Shown here piece after piece: positions 8,516 to 16,945 of a stretch of DNA of 64,000 bases. The translations under genes and the position numbers were made by a program. The notes below the pieces were generated by a model. It did no database searches. It saw only the letters and a program-made list of their open reading frames with translations, and was not told the origin of the DNA. Origin of the DNA: Acidimicrobiia bacterium (GTDB lineage Bacteria > Actinomycetota > Acidimicrobiia > Spongiisociales > UBA11373); NCBI GenBank assembly GCA_029263095.1, contig JAJCYA010000043.1, positions 2,470 through 66,469 on the forward strand, written 5' to 3'. Within the stretch, counting starts at the first letter, position 1, and the number at the start of each line of letters is the position of its first letter.

Positions 8516-9493
8516 CTAACGTCGTGCTCTTTCGGCGGCTTGGGAGCCCAACCAGCGTTCCAGCGAGTCGATGGCGAGTCTGCCCAATTCGGCGTCCAGA
8601 GGGGTGGTGGCGATGACGACGGCCGGTGCTCGCGTCTCGCGCAGGATCGGCATGACCCTCCCCTGCGGTTCGAGACCAAGGGCGGAGGAGAGACCTCTGG
8701 CAATAGCCAGCCCGGCAGCGCTGTGGCTTAGGGGAGATGAAAACGAATAGATCCCCGGCGTGTCCGTGGCAGGGGATGCGAGGGCAACGACGATGTCAAC
8801 AGCGCTTTCGTTGGCATGGAGGGCTCGAAGCCGCTCGGCAGGACGGGTGTCCGATGATCGTGATGTGATCGGATGGGCTCCAAGGTCGCGTAGACGGGAG
8901 GCGGCGGCCACCCCGGCTATCCACGCCGTCTGGGCTTCGTCGACAGATCGGCAGAAGGGGTCGATGAAGATGCGATGACCGGCCAGCGTGGAGGGAAGGG
9001 AGGCCAACCAGGCACGTTCTCTAATCTCGTGACGTCCCATCTTCGAGGTCTCGCGAGACATGAGGCTCAACTCGCCGATTACCGCTGGTCCTGAGATACC
9101 GTCCTCAGCCATCTGGCGGTTGTGCTGGAAGTCGAGCAGCGCACGGAGAGTATCGGGTCCGAAGATCCCGTCGACGTCACCGGCATCGAATCCGATGGCA
9201 TTCAGATTCCGTTGCAGCTCAGCAACATCGTCGCCGTGAAGCATCGGCATTCGGTAGTAGAGCTGACGGTCTCCGAGCACGAAGCCGGCATCTACGAGGG
9301 TCCTCCAGGTCTCCCGTCCGATGAGTCCATCGGAGGCGAGCCGCTGAGCCTCTTGAAACTGCCTCACCGCCGCCTCGGTGGCCGGTCCGAACTCGCCGGA
9401 TGCGTCGGGGTCGGTGCCAAAACCCAACGCTGAGAGCCGGTCCTGGATGTCCCGGACCGGCTCTCCCTGATCTCCACGTCGATAGAGCGCCAT
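8516..9493 (-). CDS. cwlM: CwlM-like protein: two N-terminal peptidoglycan-binding (PG_binding_1) repeats plus an amidase_3-like C-terminal domain
   Basis: The repeated LYRRGDQGEPVRDIQDRLSALGF... / LHGDDVAELQRNLNAIGF... motif is the PG-binding domain. Position between parB and trxA-trxB matches M. tuberculosis cwlM (Rv3915). The C-terminal catalytic motif looks partly degenerate. Confidence 0.6.
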   Translation of the reverse strand: MALYRRGDQGEPVRDIQDRLSALGFGTDPDASGEFGPATEAAVRQFQEAQRLASDGLIGRETWRTLVDAGFVLGDRQLYYRMPMLHGDDVAELQRNLNAIGFDAGDVDGIFGPDTLRALLDFQHNRQMAEDGISGPAVIGELSLMSRETSKMGRHEIRERAWLASLPSTLAGHRIFIDPFCRSVDEAQTAWIAGVAAASRLRDLGAHPITSRSSDTRPAERLRALHANESAVDIVVALASPATDTPGIYSFSSPLSHSAAGLAIARGLSSALGLEPQGRVMPILRETRAPAVVIATTPLDAELGRLAIDSLERWLGSQAAERARR

Positions 9494-9522
9494 GATCGGC
9501 GTCTATCGTCGCACAGCTCGAC

Positions 9523-9849
9523 TCAGTTGATGAACTCGTCGATCTCTGCGAGAAGTGCGTGCTTGGGGCGTGCCCCGACGATGCGCTTCTTTTCGACGCC
9601 GTCCTTGTAGACGATCAGCGTCGGAATACTCATGACGTCGTACTCCATAGCCGTCTGCGGATTCTCGTCGACGTTGAGCTTTGCGACGCTCATCTTTGAG
9701 GCGTACTCGCCGGCTATCTCGTCGACGATGGGCTCGACCATGCGGCACGGTCCGCACCATTCGGCCCAGAAGTCGACCAATACGGGCTTGTCGCCGTTGA
9801 TGAGGTCGTTGAATGCCGCATCCGTTGCGGTGACGGTGTTCTCAGCCAT
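9523..9849 (-). CDS. trxA: thioredoxin
   Basis: 108 aa with the WCGPC active site (VLVDFWAEWCGPCRM). Confidence 0.92.
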   Translation of the reverse strand: MAENTVTATDAAFNDLINGDKPVLVDFWAEWCGPCRMVEPIVDEIAGEYASKMSVAKLNVDENPQTAMEYDVMSIPTLIVYKDGVEKKRIVGARPKHALLAEIDEFIN

Positions 9850-9925
9850 TGTGGTCCGGCCGCCTAGCGGCCTTCACCTCCTCAGTACTCAATTCCAACC
9901 GGTATGAACCCACTGGGGTCGTCCT

Positions 9926-10843
9926 TCATTCCTGCGATTCGAGCCAGCGCTCGGCATCCAACGCCGCCTGGCATCCCATCCCCGCAGCGGTTATCGCCTG
10001 GCGATAGGTGAAGTCCACAACATCGCCGGCCCCAAAGACGCCGGTGATCGATGTAGAAGTGTTCTCGTAGGTCTCGAGGTAGCCCTTGTCATTGAGGGCG
10101 AGTTGACCATCGAAGATGGCGGTATTGGGAGTGTGTCCGATGGCGATGAACACACCCTCGGCGGCAAGCTCCTCGGTCTCATCGGTTTCGACGTTTCGCA
10201 GCAGCACACCGGTAACCGCGTCATCGCCGAGCACTTCTGCGACGACGCTATTCCAGCGGACCTCGATCTTGTCGTGGGCCAGAGCGCGTTCGGCCATGAT
10301 CTTCGAGGCTCGGAATTCGTCACGACGGTGGATGAGAGTCACCTTGGACGCAAACCTGGTGAGGAACAGTGCTTCTTCGAGGGCGGAGTCACCTCCACCG
10401 ACCACCACGATCTCGCGATCACGGAAGAAGAACCCATCACAAGTGGCACACGCCGACACGCCGTGTCCGCGCAGGTTCTCCTCGCCGGGCACACCGAGCC
10501 AACGTGCCGAGGCGCCTGTGGACACGATGACCGCTTCGGCTTCGTGAAGCTCGTCTCCCACCCAGACCTTGAACGGCCGCTCGGAGAGGTCGACCTTGCT
10601 CACGTCCGAACGAACGATGCGGGTTCCGAAACGTTCGGCCTGCTTGCGGAATAGGCCCATCATTTCGGGACCCATGATCCCGTCCGGGAATCCTGGAAAG
10701 TTCTCGACATCGGTGGTGAGCATCAACTGCCCACCAGCCTCCATTCCTTCGATCATCAGCGGCTCGAGCCCTGCCCGCGCCGCGTAGATGGCTGCGGTGA
10801 GCCCCGCGGGTCCTGATCCGACGATGATTACTCGTTCTGTCAT
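9926..10843 (-). CDS. trxB: thioredoxin-disulfide reductase
   Basis: 305 aa, FAD motif IIVGSGPAG, redox-active CATCDG, and the NADPH motif. Confidence 0.95.
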   Translation of the reverse strand: MTERVIIVGSGPAGLTAAIYAARAGLEPLMIEGMEAGGQLMLTTDVENFPGFPDGIMGPEMMGLFRKQAERFGTRIVRSDVSKVDLSERPFKVWVGDELHEAEAVIVSTGASARWLGVPGEENLRGHGVSACATCDGFFFRDREIVVVGGGDSALEEALFLTRFASKVTLIHRRDEFRASKIMAERALAHDKIEVRWNSVVAEVLGDDAVTGVLLRNVETDETEELAAEGVFIAIGHTPNTAIFDGQLALNDKGYLETYENTSTSITGVFGAGDVVDFTYRQAITAAGMGCQAALDAERWLESQE

Positions 10844-11154
10844 GCTTTGTCCTCGGTCTTGGTGCGGGTACGTCGCGACCAGAGCAACGCCCCTACCAGC
10901 ACGAATAATCCCCCGACGGCTCCGTAGGAGATCTCCATCGCTTGGGAACAGTCACATGCCTTGAACACCAGTTCCTCGAGGATCCGGAACAGCCCGAGCA
11001 TGAGGAAAATGAAGGCAACAACTACCAGCACCGCCGATACCAGGCCGAGGGCCACGAACATGATGACCCGAGCGACGCGATCGACGGTCAGCGCTCGGAT
11101 CCGAGTTGCCACCGACTCCAGGAAGTCGGCGACGCGTGTCGGGAATTCTTCCAC
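10840..11154 (-). CDS. small membrane protein (2 TM), translationally coupled to trxB (ATGA overlap)
   Basis: 104 aa with two hydrophobic helices ([27 protein letters not shown] ; [15 protein letters not shown]). Its stop overlaps the trxB start. Confidence 0.5.
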   Translation of the reverse strand: MEEFPTRVADFLESVATRIRALTVDRVARVIMFVALGLVSAVLVVVAFIFLMLGLFRILEELVFKACDCSQAMEISYGAVGGLFVLVGALLWSRRTRTKTEDKA

Positions 11155-11192
11155 GACCTGAGGTTAGCGAGCGCTCGCCGGACCTTCCCTCA

Positions 11193-12119
11193 TCATGGAA
11201 TCACGATCAGATCTGCGCAGTCTGGAACACCCCAGACCTGGAATGGACCGACCTCGCCCCCGGTCAACTCGAAGTACACAACTACGGTGAGCTCGCCGTT
11301 CTCGTACTCGAAGAAGAAGCGCTGTGGTGGGGGATCGGAGCGGATCTCGGTGTCCTCGATCCAACAAGAGGTCTCTTCGATCGCATCCGCGGCCCTCGCA
11401 TTCACGGCTGCGGCGTCGCTCCTGATCACAGAAAGTTCGGCAGACAGTTGCGCAACCTGCTCCTCGCCTGTTGCCGAGGCAATCGATGTTGTGGTCGAGT
11501 CCTCCGCAGCTGCCTGCGTTGTCGTGGGGGCCGCCGCCGGTGCGGTCGTTGTGGTGGGACGTAGTGTCGTAGAGGAACCAAAGGCAGCTGCTTGGTCGGA
11601 ACCATCTCCACCTGGGATGAGGGCGTCGTCCGCATCCGCGCCGGCGACTGCCATGGATTCGACTTCAGGAGCCTCATCAGCTGTTGCGGCCCGTTGCTCG
11701 ACGGCCGCGGCGGCTGCAGTGGTCGTCGCTTCGGCCGGCAGTTCGATGGCCGCTGTGGCGTTGTCTCCATCGGTAGACAGGAGGCCGACGACCGGGACAA
11801 TGGCAACTAGACCCAGCAAGGCTGCGGCGGCAATACCGAGAGAGCCCCACGGGACACGGCGAACGGGCTGGGCTGTGCCCGGCTCAGGAGCCGCGACTCC
11901 GAGCGCGTCAGCCACCGCGGCTCGAAGTGTGGAACGTTCCTCAACCGAAAGCTCTGGCCGGGGAGCCCCCGACAATGCATCGAGAGCGATTCGATGTGCG
12001 GCGAGTTCAGCGGCAGCGATTGGGTCTGCTGCGATTTCGCGTTCGAGCGCTGCGGCTTCATCGGGATCGAGTCGTCCCTCGGCCAGCGCTGCGATTGCGT
12101 CACGGTCGTGTCTAGGCAT
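11193..12119 (-). CDS. anti-sigma factor (cytoplasmic N-domain, one TM, Ala/Thr-rich extracytoplasmic region); RsmA-like by position
   Basis: ATG at 12119 (MPRHDRDAIAALAEGRLDPDEAAALEREIA...) overlaps the sigma-gene stop by 8 nt (ATGCCTAG). Single TM LGIAAAALLGLVAIVPVVGLL. Same position as the anti-SigM gene of M. tuberculosis. Confidence 0.65.
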   Translation of the reverse strand: MPRHDRDAIAALAEGRLDPDEAAALEREIAADPIAAAELAAHRIALDALSGAPRPELSVEERSTLRAAVADALGVAAPEPGTAQPVRRVPWGSLGIAAAALLGLVAIVPVVGLLSTDGDNATAAIELPAEATTTAAAAAVEQRAATADEAPEVESMAVAGADADDALIPGGDGSDQAAAFGSSTTLRPTTTTAPAAAPTTTQAAAEDSTTTSIASATGEEQVAQLSAELSVIRSDAAAVNARAADAIEETSCWIEDTEIRSDPPPQRFFFEYENGELTVVVYFELTGGEVGPFQVWGVPDCADLIVIP

Positions 12120-12693
12120 TTGTCTCTTCACTCTGACTCTTGTGGTCACCTCTCAGGTTCCCGAGACTGTCGGCCAGGAGACGTCTCCCCCTGAACACCC
12201 TGGACTTGACGGTGCCGATCGGGACCCCGAGAGCGTCCGAAACCGTTTCCAGTGACAGGCCCTCGAGGTCGGACAAGATCACCGCCGCTTTGAACTCCGC
12301 CGGCAGAGAATCGAGTGCTTCCTCAATCTCTGGTCGGACCTCTGCGGACTCGAATTCGTCGCCGGCAGTGGGATCAGTCGGATCGATTCCCTCCGGCAGC
12401 GGATCTGTCTTCCTGCGCTGCGTACGGCGAGCAACGTCATAGCAAGTGTTCACCGCAACTCGGTACAGCCAAGTACTAAACGCCGACCTTCCGGCGAACC
12501 GATCGGCCTTGCGGAATACGGCGATGAATGTCTCCTGCGTCGCGTCGAGCGCGGCCTCGCGGTCACGCAACATCCTGAGACAGATTGAGAACACTCGATC
12601 CTCGTGGGCTCGCATGAGGGAGTCGAATGCATCGACATCGCCGGCAAGGTACTGCTCGATGAGGGCCGCATCGTCGGCGGCACGGTCGGTCAC
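12112..12693 (-). CDS. ECF RNA polymerase sigma factor (SigM-like by synteny)
   Basis: Sigma-70 region 2 (LIEQYLAGDVDAFDSLMRAHEDRVFSICLRML...FSTWLYRVAVNT) and region 4 (LSDLEGLSLETVSDALGVPIGTVKSRVFRGRRLL). The track ORF starts at a TTG at 12900. GTG at 12693 (VTDRAADDAAL...) gives a canonical ~190-aa ECF sigma. Confidence 0.8.
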   Translation of the reverse strand: MTDRAADDAALIEQYLAGDVDAFDSLMRAHEDRVFSICLRMLRDREAALDATQETFIAVFRKADRFAGRSAFSTWLYRVAVNTCYDVARRTQRRKTDPLPEGIDPTDPTAGDEFESAEVRPEIEEALDSLPAEFKAAVILSDLEGLSLETVSDALGVPIGTVKSRVFRGRRLLADSLGNLRGDHKSQSEETNA

Positions 12694-12736
12694 CGAAGGG
12701 ACGGTACCGGCTTGGAGAGGGGTCGGCGAGGTCGTT

Positions 12737-12858
12737 GGCCTCGCTGTCTCTCGGCTGCGATTGGTAAGAGGGCCGTCGGCTGCGTCGTCTCCTGCGATGG
12801 CCTCGCTGTCGCTCGGCTGCAAGGGTCGTCGGCTGTCGCCGTCTCCCGCAATTCGCAA
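12737..12858. repeat. imperfect ~60-bp tandem duplication upstream of the ECF sigma gene
   Basis: Unit 1 (12737-12798): ggcctcgctgtctctcggctgcgattggtaagagggccgtcggctgcgtcgtctcctgcgat. Unit 2 (12799-~12858): ggcctcgctgtcgctcggctgcaagggtcgtcggctgtcgccgtctcccgcaat. About 85% identical. A 62-bp unit is not a multiple of three, so it is unlikely to be coding. Confidence 0.6.
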
Positions 12859-12889
12859 GATGCACAGCAGTACGCGTTGAGGTCTCCTG

Positions 12890-12917
12890 CCAATTGCCAA
12901 TTGCCAATTGCTAATTG
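12890..12917. repeat. tandem heptamer array (CCAATTG)x3 + CTAATTG between the degV stop and the ECF sigma gene
   Basis: Read directly: ccaattgccaattgccaattgctaattg. Each unit carries the palindromic core CAATTG. The last unit overlaps the degV stop codon. Confidence 0.8.
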
Positions 12918-13744
12918 CCTTCTCTGTACACCACTCCGATTACACCGGGGCCGGCGTGCGTGCCGACCACCGGTCCAAGTCTGGCGACGATTGGATCGCT
13001 GTGACCCCGTTCGTTGAGCGCCTCGAGGAATTCGTCGAGATCGGGAGCATCGCTGTGGACCACTCCAACTTCAGTGAGAGATTCGAGGGAGTCGAGATGA
13101 TCGAGCACGGCTCTGATCGCTTTGCGTCGTGTCCTCACCCGGCCGCCGGCGCTCACGATCCCGTCTGCGAATGTAATGAGGGGCTTTACGTCGAGAAGGT
13201 TGCCGAAGAAGGCTGCAGCCCCTCCGATTCGACCGCCGCGCTTGAGGAATTCGAGAGTGTCGAGAGAGGCGAACAGATTGGATGAGTCGACGGCTCGGCG
13301 CGCTGCTTCCTCTACCTCATCGATCGTGCCTCCCGCCTGGGCAGCCCTGGCAGCTGCCAGGACGCAGAGCCCGAGTGCCGCCGAGACGAGGCCACTATCG
13401 ATCACCCGGACTGGGATTCCCGATGTCAGTTGCTCCGCGGCCAGCGTGGCGGACTGGTGTGTTGCGCTGATACCGGCTGAGATCATGACTGCCACGATGC
13501 CGTCGGCTCCCGCATTGGACAGGTCGCGGTAGGCCCTCTGGAAGCGTCCGACCGACGGGGCTGCCGTCTCGGGGAGTTCCTCCGAAGTGGTGAGGCGGGC
13601 CCAGAAATCGTCGACGGACAACTCTTGCCTGTCGACGAAATCGTCGTCACCGAAACGGATGGTCAGAGGCACAACGGTGATGCGGTGACTCTCGAGGATC
13701 TCGTCGGGCAGATCACACGATGAATCGGTGACGATGCGGATCAT
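12911..13744 (-). CDS. DegV-family fatty-acid-binding protein
   Basis: 277 aa. MIRIVTDSSCDLPDEIL..., the internal GISATHQSA, and ...FLKRGGRIGGAAAF are typical DegV/DUF194 features. Confidence 0.85.
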   Translation of the reverse strand: MIRIVTDSSCDLPDEILESHRITVVPLTIRFGDDDFVDRQELSVDDFWARLTTSEELPETAAPSVGRFQRAYRDLSNAGADGIVAVMISAGISATHQSATLAAEQLTSGIPVRVIDSGLVSAALGLCVLAAARAAQAGGTIDEVEEAARRAVDSSNLFASLDTLEFLKRGGRIGGAAAFFGNLLDVKPLITFADGIVSAGGRVRTRRKAIRAVLDHLDSLESLTEVGVVHSDAPDLDEFLEALNERGHSDPIVARLGPVVGTHAGPGVIGVVYREGN

Positions 13745-13857
13745 GGATTCCCTCCCGGCAGGGAGCCTACCGGTCGACTCTCATGGGTCCGCGGCAGGCT
13801 CCGATCCAGCATCGGGGCCGAGCCACCTCGGCTCACCGTGGTACAGACCGTCTCTGG

Positions 13858-14478
13858 TCAGGAAGCCCGGCTGAGAACGGCGAGCGGCTCCTCGAGTAGG
13901 CCGAAGCCTTCCGACTCATAGAGGCCGATGGCCGAAGCATTGTCGGCCTGGGTGTTGAGCATGAGGGCACCCGCCCCCGCCTTCTTGGCCCAGCGCCCTG
14001 ATGTGCGCACCAATGAGCGCCCAATCCCTTGAGCCTGCCACCGGGGGTCGACTGCCAATCGCTGCAGATAGGCGACCGTCTGGCCTGCGCCAGTTACTGC
14101 GAACCCAGCCAGTCCCCCTTCGGGGTTTCTGACAACGTGGAGGACAGACGACGCCGTGGCGGCCATCGCCTCATCGAGTGCCCGACCATCGAACCGCCAG
14201 AACTCGTCGAAGGCAGCCGAATCGATCCGGAGCGCCTCTGGGATGTCGCTCGAATCACCTGTGAGCACCAGATGGCTGGGAGGTGGGATCCGGTGGAGAG
14301 AACGACGCATCAGGGTGAGATCTGCACACAGGTCGAACCCGGCTGCCTCCCAGGCGATGCGCGCCGACCGGGGCAGAGGAGGCGACAGCACGGCTGAGAT
14401 GCCCAGATCTAGGAGAGTTTCGGAGCAGTCGCCGATGAATGAGGACCCGCCGCCTCGCAAGAGGCGGAGATGGGCCAT
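13858..14478 (-). CDS. GNAT family N-acetyltransferase (start uncertain; may extend to ~14577)
   Basis: C-terminal 206 aa of track ORF 13858..15303 carries GNAT motif A (LQRLAVDPRWQAQGIGRSLV). Its upstream portion is antisense to the HDAC gene and so cannot be coding. Confidence 0.7.
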   Translation of the reverse strand: MAHLRLLRGGGSSFIGDCSETLLDLGISAVLSPPLPRSARIAWEAAGFDLCADLTLMRRSLHRIPPPSHLVLTGDSSDIPEALRIDSAAFDEFWRFDGRALDEAMAATASSVLHVVRNPEGGLAGFAVTGAGQTVAYLQRLAVDPRWQAQGIGRSLVRTSGRWAKKAGAGALMLNTQADNASAIGLYESEGFGLLEEPLAVLSRAS

Positions 14479-14694
14479 CGGGACGACGTCGTTCCACGGT
14501 CGAGATTCGGCGCGGGCCCAGCCGCGGCGGAGTACCACCTGCCCGGGCCACGACCCATCCAATCGAACCTTTGCCATGGCGGCGATGGTATCGGTGTCTT
14601 GGAAGGCGCCAGCCGCCGGCCACTTTTGGAGAGCTGTTGCCGTCCGGGACCGGTCGGCACCCATCATCCGGCGCCTCCTGCCAAAGTGGTTCCA

Positions 14695-15711
14695 ATGCGC
14701 GCCTTGCTCTACAGCCACGACGCCTGTCTGCTTCATGACAACGGCGCTGGACACCCCGAGCGGGCGGAGCGGATCCCTGCCGCCATCGCCGGCGTTCTTG
14801 GTTGCGGTGCCGAAATCGAGAGACGCGAGGCACCGGTCATCGACACCGAATCGATCTACTCGGTGCACGACCCTGCCTACGTCAACTCGATCGAGCAGGC
14901 CTGCGCTTTGGGGGCGCAGTCTCTCGACGCTGACACCGCGGTGGTCGAGGCCTCCTGGGAGGCCGCTCTTCGGTCGGCTGGGGCAGGTATCGCGGCAGTT
15001 GAGGCCCTTCGGGCTGGCGAGGCCGATTTCGCCTTCCTGGCCGTTCGCCCGCCTGGGCATCATGCTCTCCACTCTCGGGCCATGGGATTCTGTCTCTTCA
15101 ACAACATCGCTATCGCGGCCGAGGTGCTGACGGCGAGTGGAGAATCGGTGGCCGTTCTCGACTGGGACGTCCACCACGGCAACGGAACTCAGGAGGCCTT
15201 CTACGCCCGCGAGGACGTTCTCTATGTCTCTCTTCATCAGTTCCCGTTCTATCCCGGTACCGGCTGGGTCGACGAAGCAGGTACCGGCGCCGGGGTGGGA
15301 CACACCGTGAATATTCCCCTACCGGCTGGGAGTGGCGGCGATGAGATCCGACTCGCCGTCGAGTCCATCGTCGAACCCGTGCTCCGGGAGTTCGCACCCG
15401 GCTGGCTCCTGGTGAGTGCCGGCTACGACGGGCATGCGGCGGACCCGTTGGCTGAACTGCAATATGAGGCTGGCGATTTTGGGTGGCTGGGACAGCGGAT
15501 CGTCTCGCAGTACCCCGGTCGGTCCATCCTGTTCTTGGAGGGCGGCTACAACACCGACGCCATTGAGGATTCGGTTCAGGCCACATTGCGCGGTTGTGGC
15601 GGCGAGATCTTTGCCCCGTCGTCCGGATCGCGTTCTGCGGGTTCGACGCGGATGATTCAAATGGCAGCAGAGAGCGCCTCGAGGCATTGGATGGGGGTTC
15701 AAGGGGGCTGA
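14695..15711 (+). CDS. histone deacetylase-family (AcuC/acetoin-utilisation/acetylpolyamine amidohydrolase-like) Zn-dependent deacetylase
   Basis: ATG at 14695 (MRALLYSHDACLLHDNGAGHPERAERI...). HDAC signatures PPGHHA and DWDVHHGNGTQ, and a Gly-rich loop. Divergent from the GNAT gene. Confidence 0.85.
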   Translation: MRALLYSHDACLLHDNGAGHPERAERIPAAIAGVLGCGAEIERREAPVIDTESIYSVHDPAYVNSIEQACALGAQSLDADTAVVEASWEAALRSAGAGIAAVEALRAGEADFAFLAVRPPGHHALHSRAMGFCLFNNIAIAAEVLTASGESVAVLDWDVHHGNGTQEAFYAREDVLYVSLHQFPFYPGTGWVDEAGTGAGVGHTVNIPLPAGSGGDEIRLAVESIVEPVLREFAPGWLLVSAGYDGHAADPLAELQYEAGDFGWLGQRIVSQYPGRSILFLEGGYNTDAIEDSVQATLRGCGGEIFAPSSGSRSAGSTRMIQMAAESASRHWMGVQGG

Positions 15712-15749
15712 CAACACTGCCGATAGGTCCGGAGTCGACAAGGGACCCC

Positions 15750-16844
15750 GTGACCTCCAACCCTCCAACCTTTGAAGCGCTTCTTGGTGACGTTGTGACC
15801 AAGGGAGCATCCGATCTACATCTGAAGCCGGGGGCGGCTCCGATGCTGCGCATCGACGGGAACCTTCTTCCCATCGATGAACCAGCTCTCGACGACACCG
15901 ACGTCGAGCGCTACCTCGAAGAGATCATCCCTGACCGGCTCCGAGTGGAGTTCAAGGAGCACCACGAGGCAGACTTTGCATATGGTCTTCACTCAGGTGA
16001 GAGGTTTCGGATCAACGCCTTCCAGCAGCGGGGACGAGTCACGATTGCGATCCGGGCACTTCAAAAGCCCGATGGAGACATGGACTTGCTCGGTCTGCCT
16101 CCTGTAGTAGAACGCCTTGCCAGCGAGATGCGCGGATTGCTCCTCGTGACCGGACCAACCGGCTCGGGCAAGTCGACGACCCTGGCGGCGATCATCGATC
16201 TGATCAACAGGTCTCGCCGGGTGAACATCATGACGATCGAGGATCCAGTCGAGTTCGTCCACGAGGACAACCTCGCTCTTGTGAGCCAGCGCGAAGTCGG
16301 GGTCGATACCGCAGGTTTCGGCGAAGCGATGCGACGTGTTCTACGCCAGGATCCCGATGTGATCTTGGTGGGGGAGATGCGGGACGCTGAAACCATTGAT
16401 GCCGCTCTCAAGGCGGCAGAGACGGGTCATCTTGTGCTCTCGACGCTACACACGCTCGACGCCGCCGAGACGGTCAATCGTGTCCTCGAATTCTTCTCGG
16501 GGTCACGCCAAGCACAGGTCAGGCGGATGCTTGCCGGTACGTTGCGGGGGATAGTCAGCCAGCGGTTGCTGCCTCGTGCCACCGGGACCGGTCGGGTTCC
16601 TGCGGTTGAGGTTCTCGTCAACACGGATCGAATATCGGAAAGGATCGCCGACCCGACGTTGACTCATGAACTGAATGAGGTCATCTCCGAGGGTGCCTAC
16701 TACGGCATGGAGACCTTCGATCAATCACTTCTTCGACTGGCGGGAGCCGGCGTGGTGACATTCGCAGAGGCGATGCGCCATGCCACCAAGCCGTCGGATC
16801 TCAAACTGCGAGCCCAGCAGTTGGGAGTCGTGGCTACCACGTAG
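15750..16844 (+). CDS. pilT: type IV pilus twitching-motility ATPase PilT (orphan; no other pilus genes nearby)
   Basis: Walker A GPTGSGKSTTLAAII, Asp box ILVGEMRD, His box GHLVLSTLHT. GTG at 15750 (VTSNPPTFEALLGDVVTKGASDLHL) lies 39 nt after the HDAC stop. Track ORF begins at 15594, overlapping the HDAC gene. Confidence 0.85.
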   Translation: MTSNPPTFEALLGDVVTKGASDLHLKPGAAPMLRIDGNLLPIDEPALDDTDVERYLEEIIPDRLRVEFKEHHEADFAYGLHSGERFRINAFQQRGRVTIAIRALQKPDGDMDLLGLPPVVERLASEMRGLLLVTGPTGSGKSTTLAAIIDLINRSRRVNIMTIEDPVEFVHEDNLALVSQREVGVDTAGFGEAMRRVLRQDPDVILVGEMRDAETIDAALKAAETGHLVLSTLHTLDAAETVNRVLEFFSGSRQAQVRRMLAGTLRGIVSQRLLPRATGTGRVPAVEVLVNTDRISERIADPTLTHELNEVISEGAYYGMETFDQSLLRLAGAGVVTFAEAMRHATKPSDLKLRAQQLGVVATT

Positions 16845-16945
16845 CGACGAAGTCCTCAGCCTTCACTCTCCGTCTCCCAGTTACGAATGCTCAGCCGTTT
16901 CCGTTGGTGACTGGCGGCTGGTGATAGGCGACTTACCATCTGGGC

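Noticed and set aside
10942-12255. 437-aa plus-strand ORF across the anti-sigma and sigma genes
   Set aside because: It is antisense to the syntenic sigma/anti-sigma pair and is Ala/Ser-rich low complexity with no domain. GC-driven artefact.
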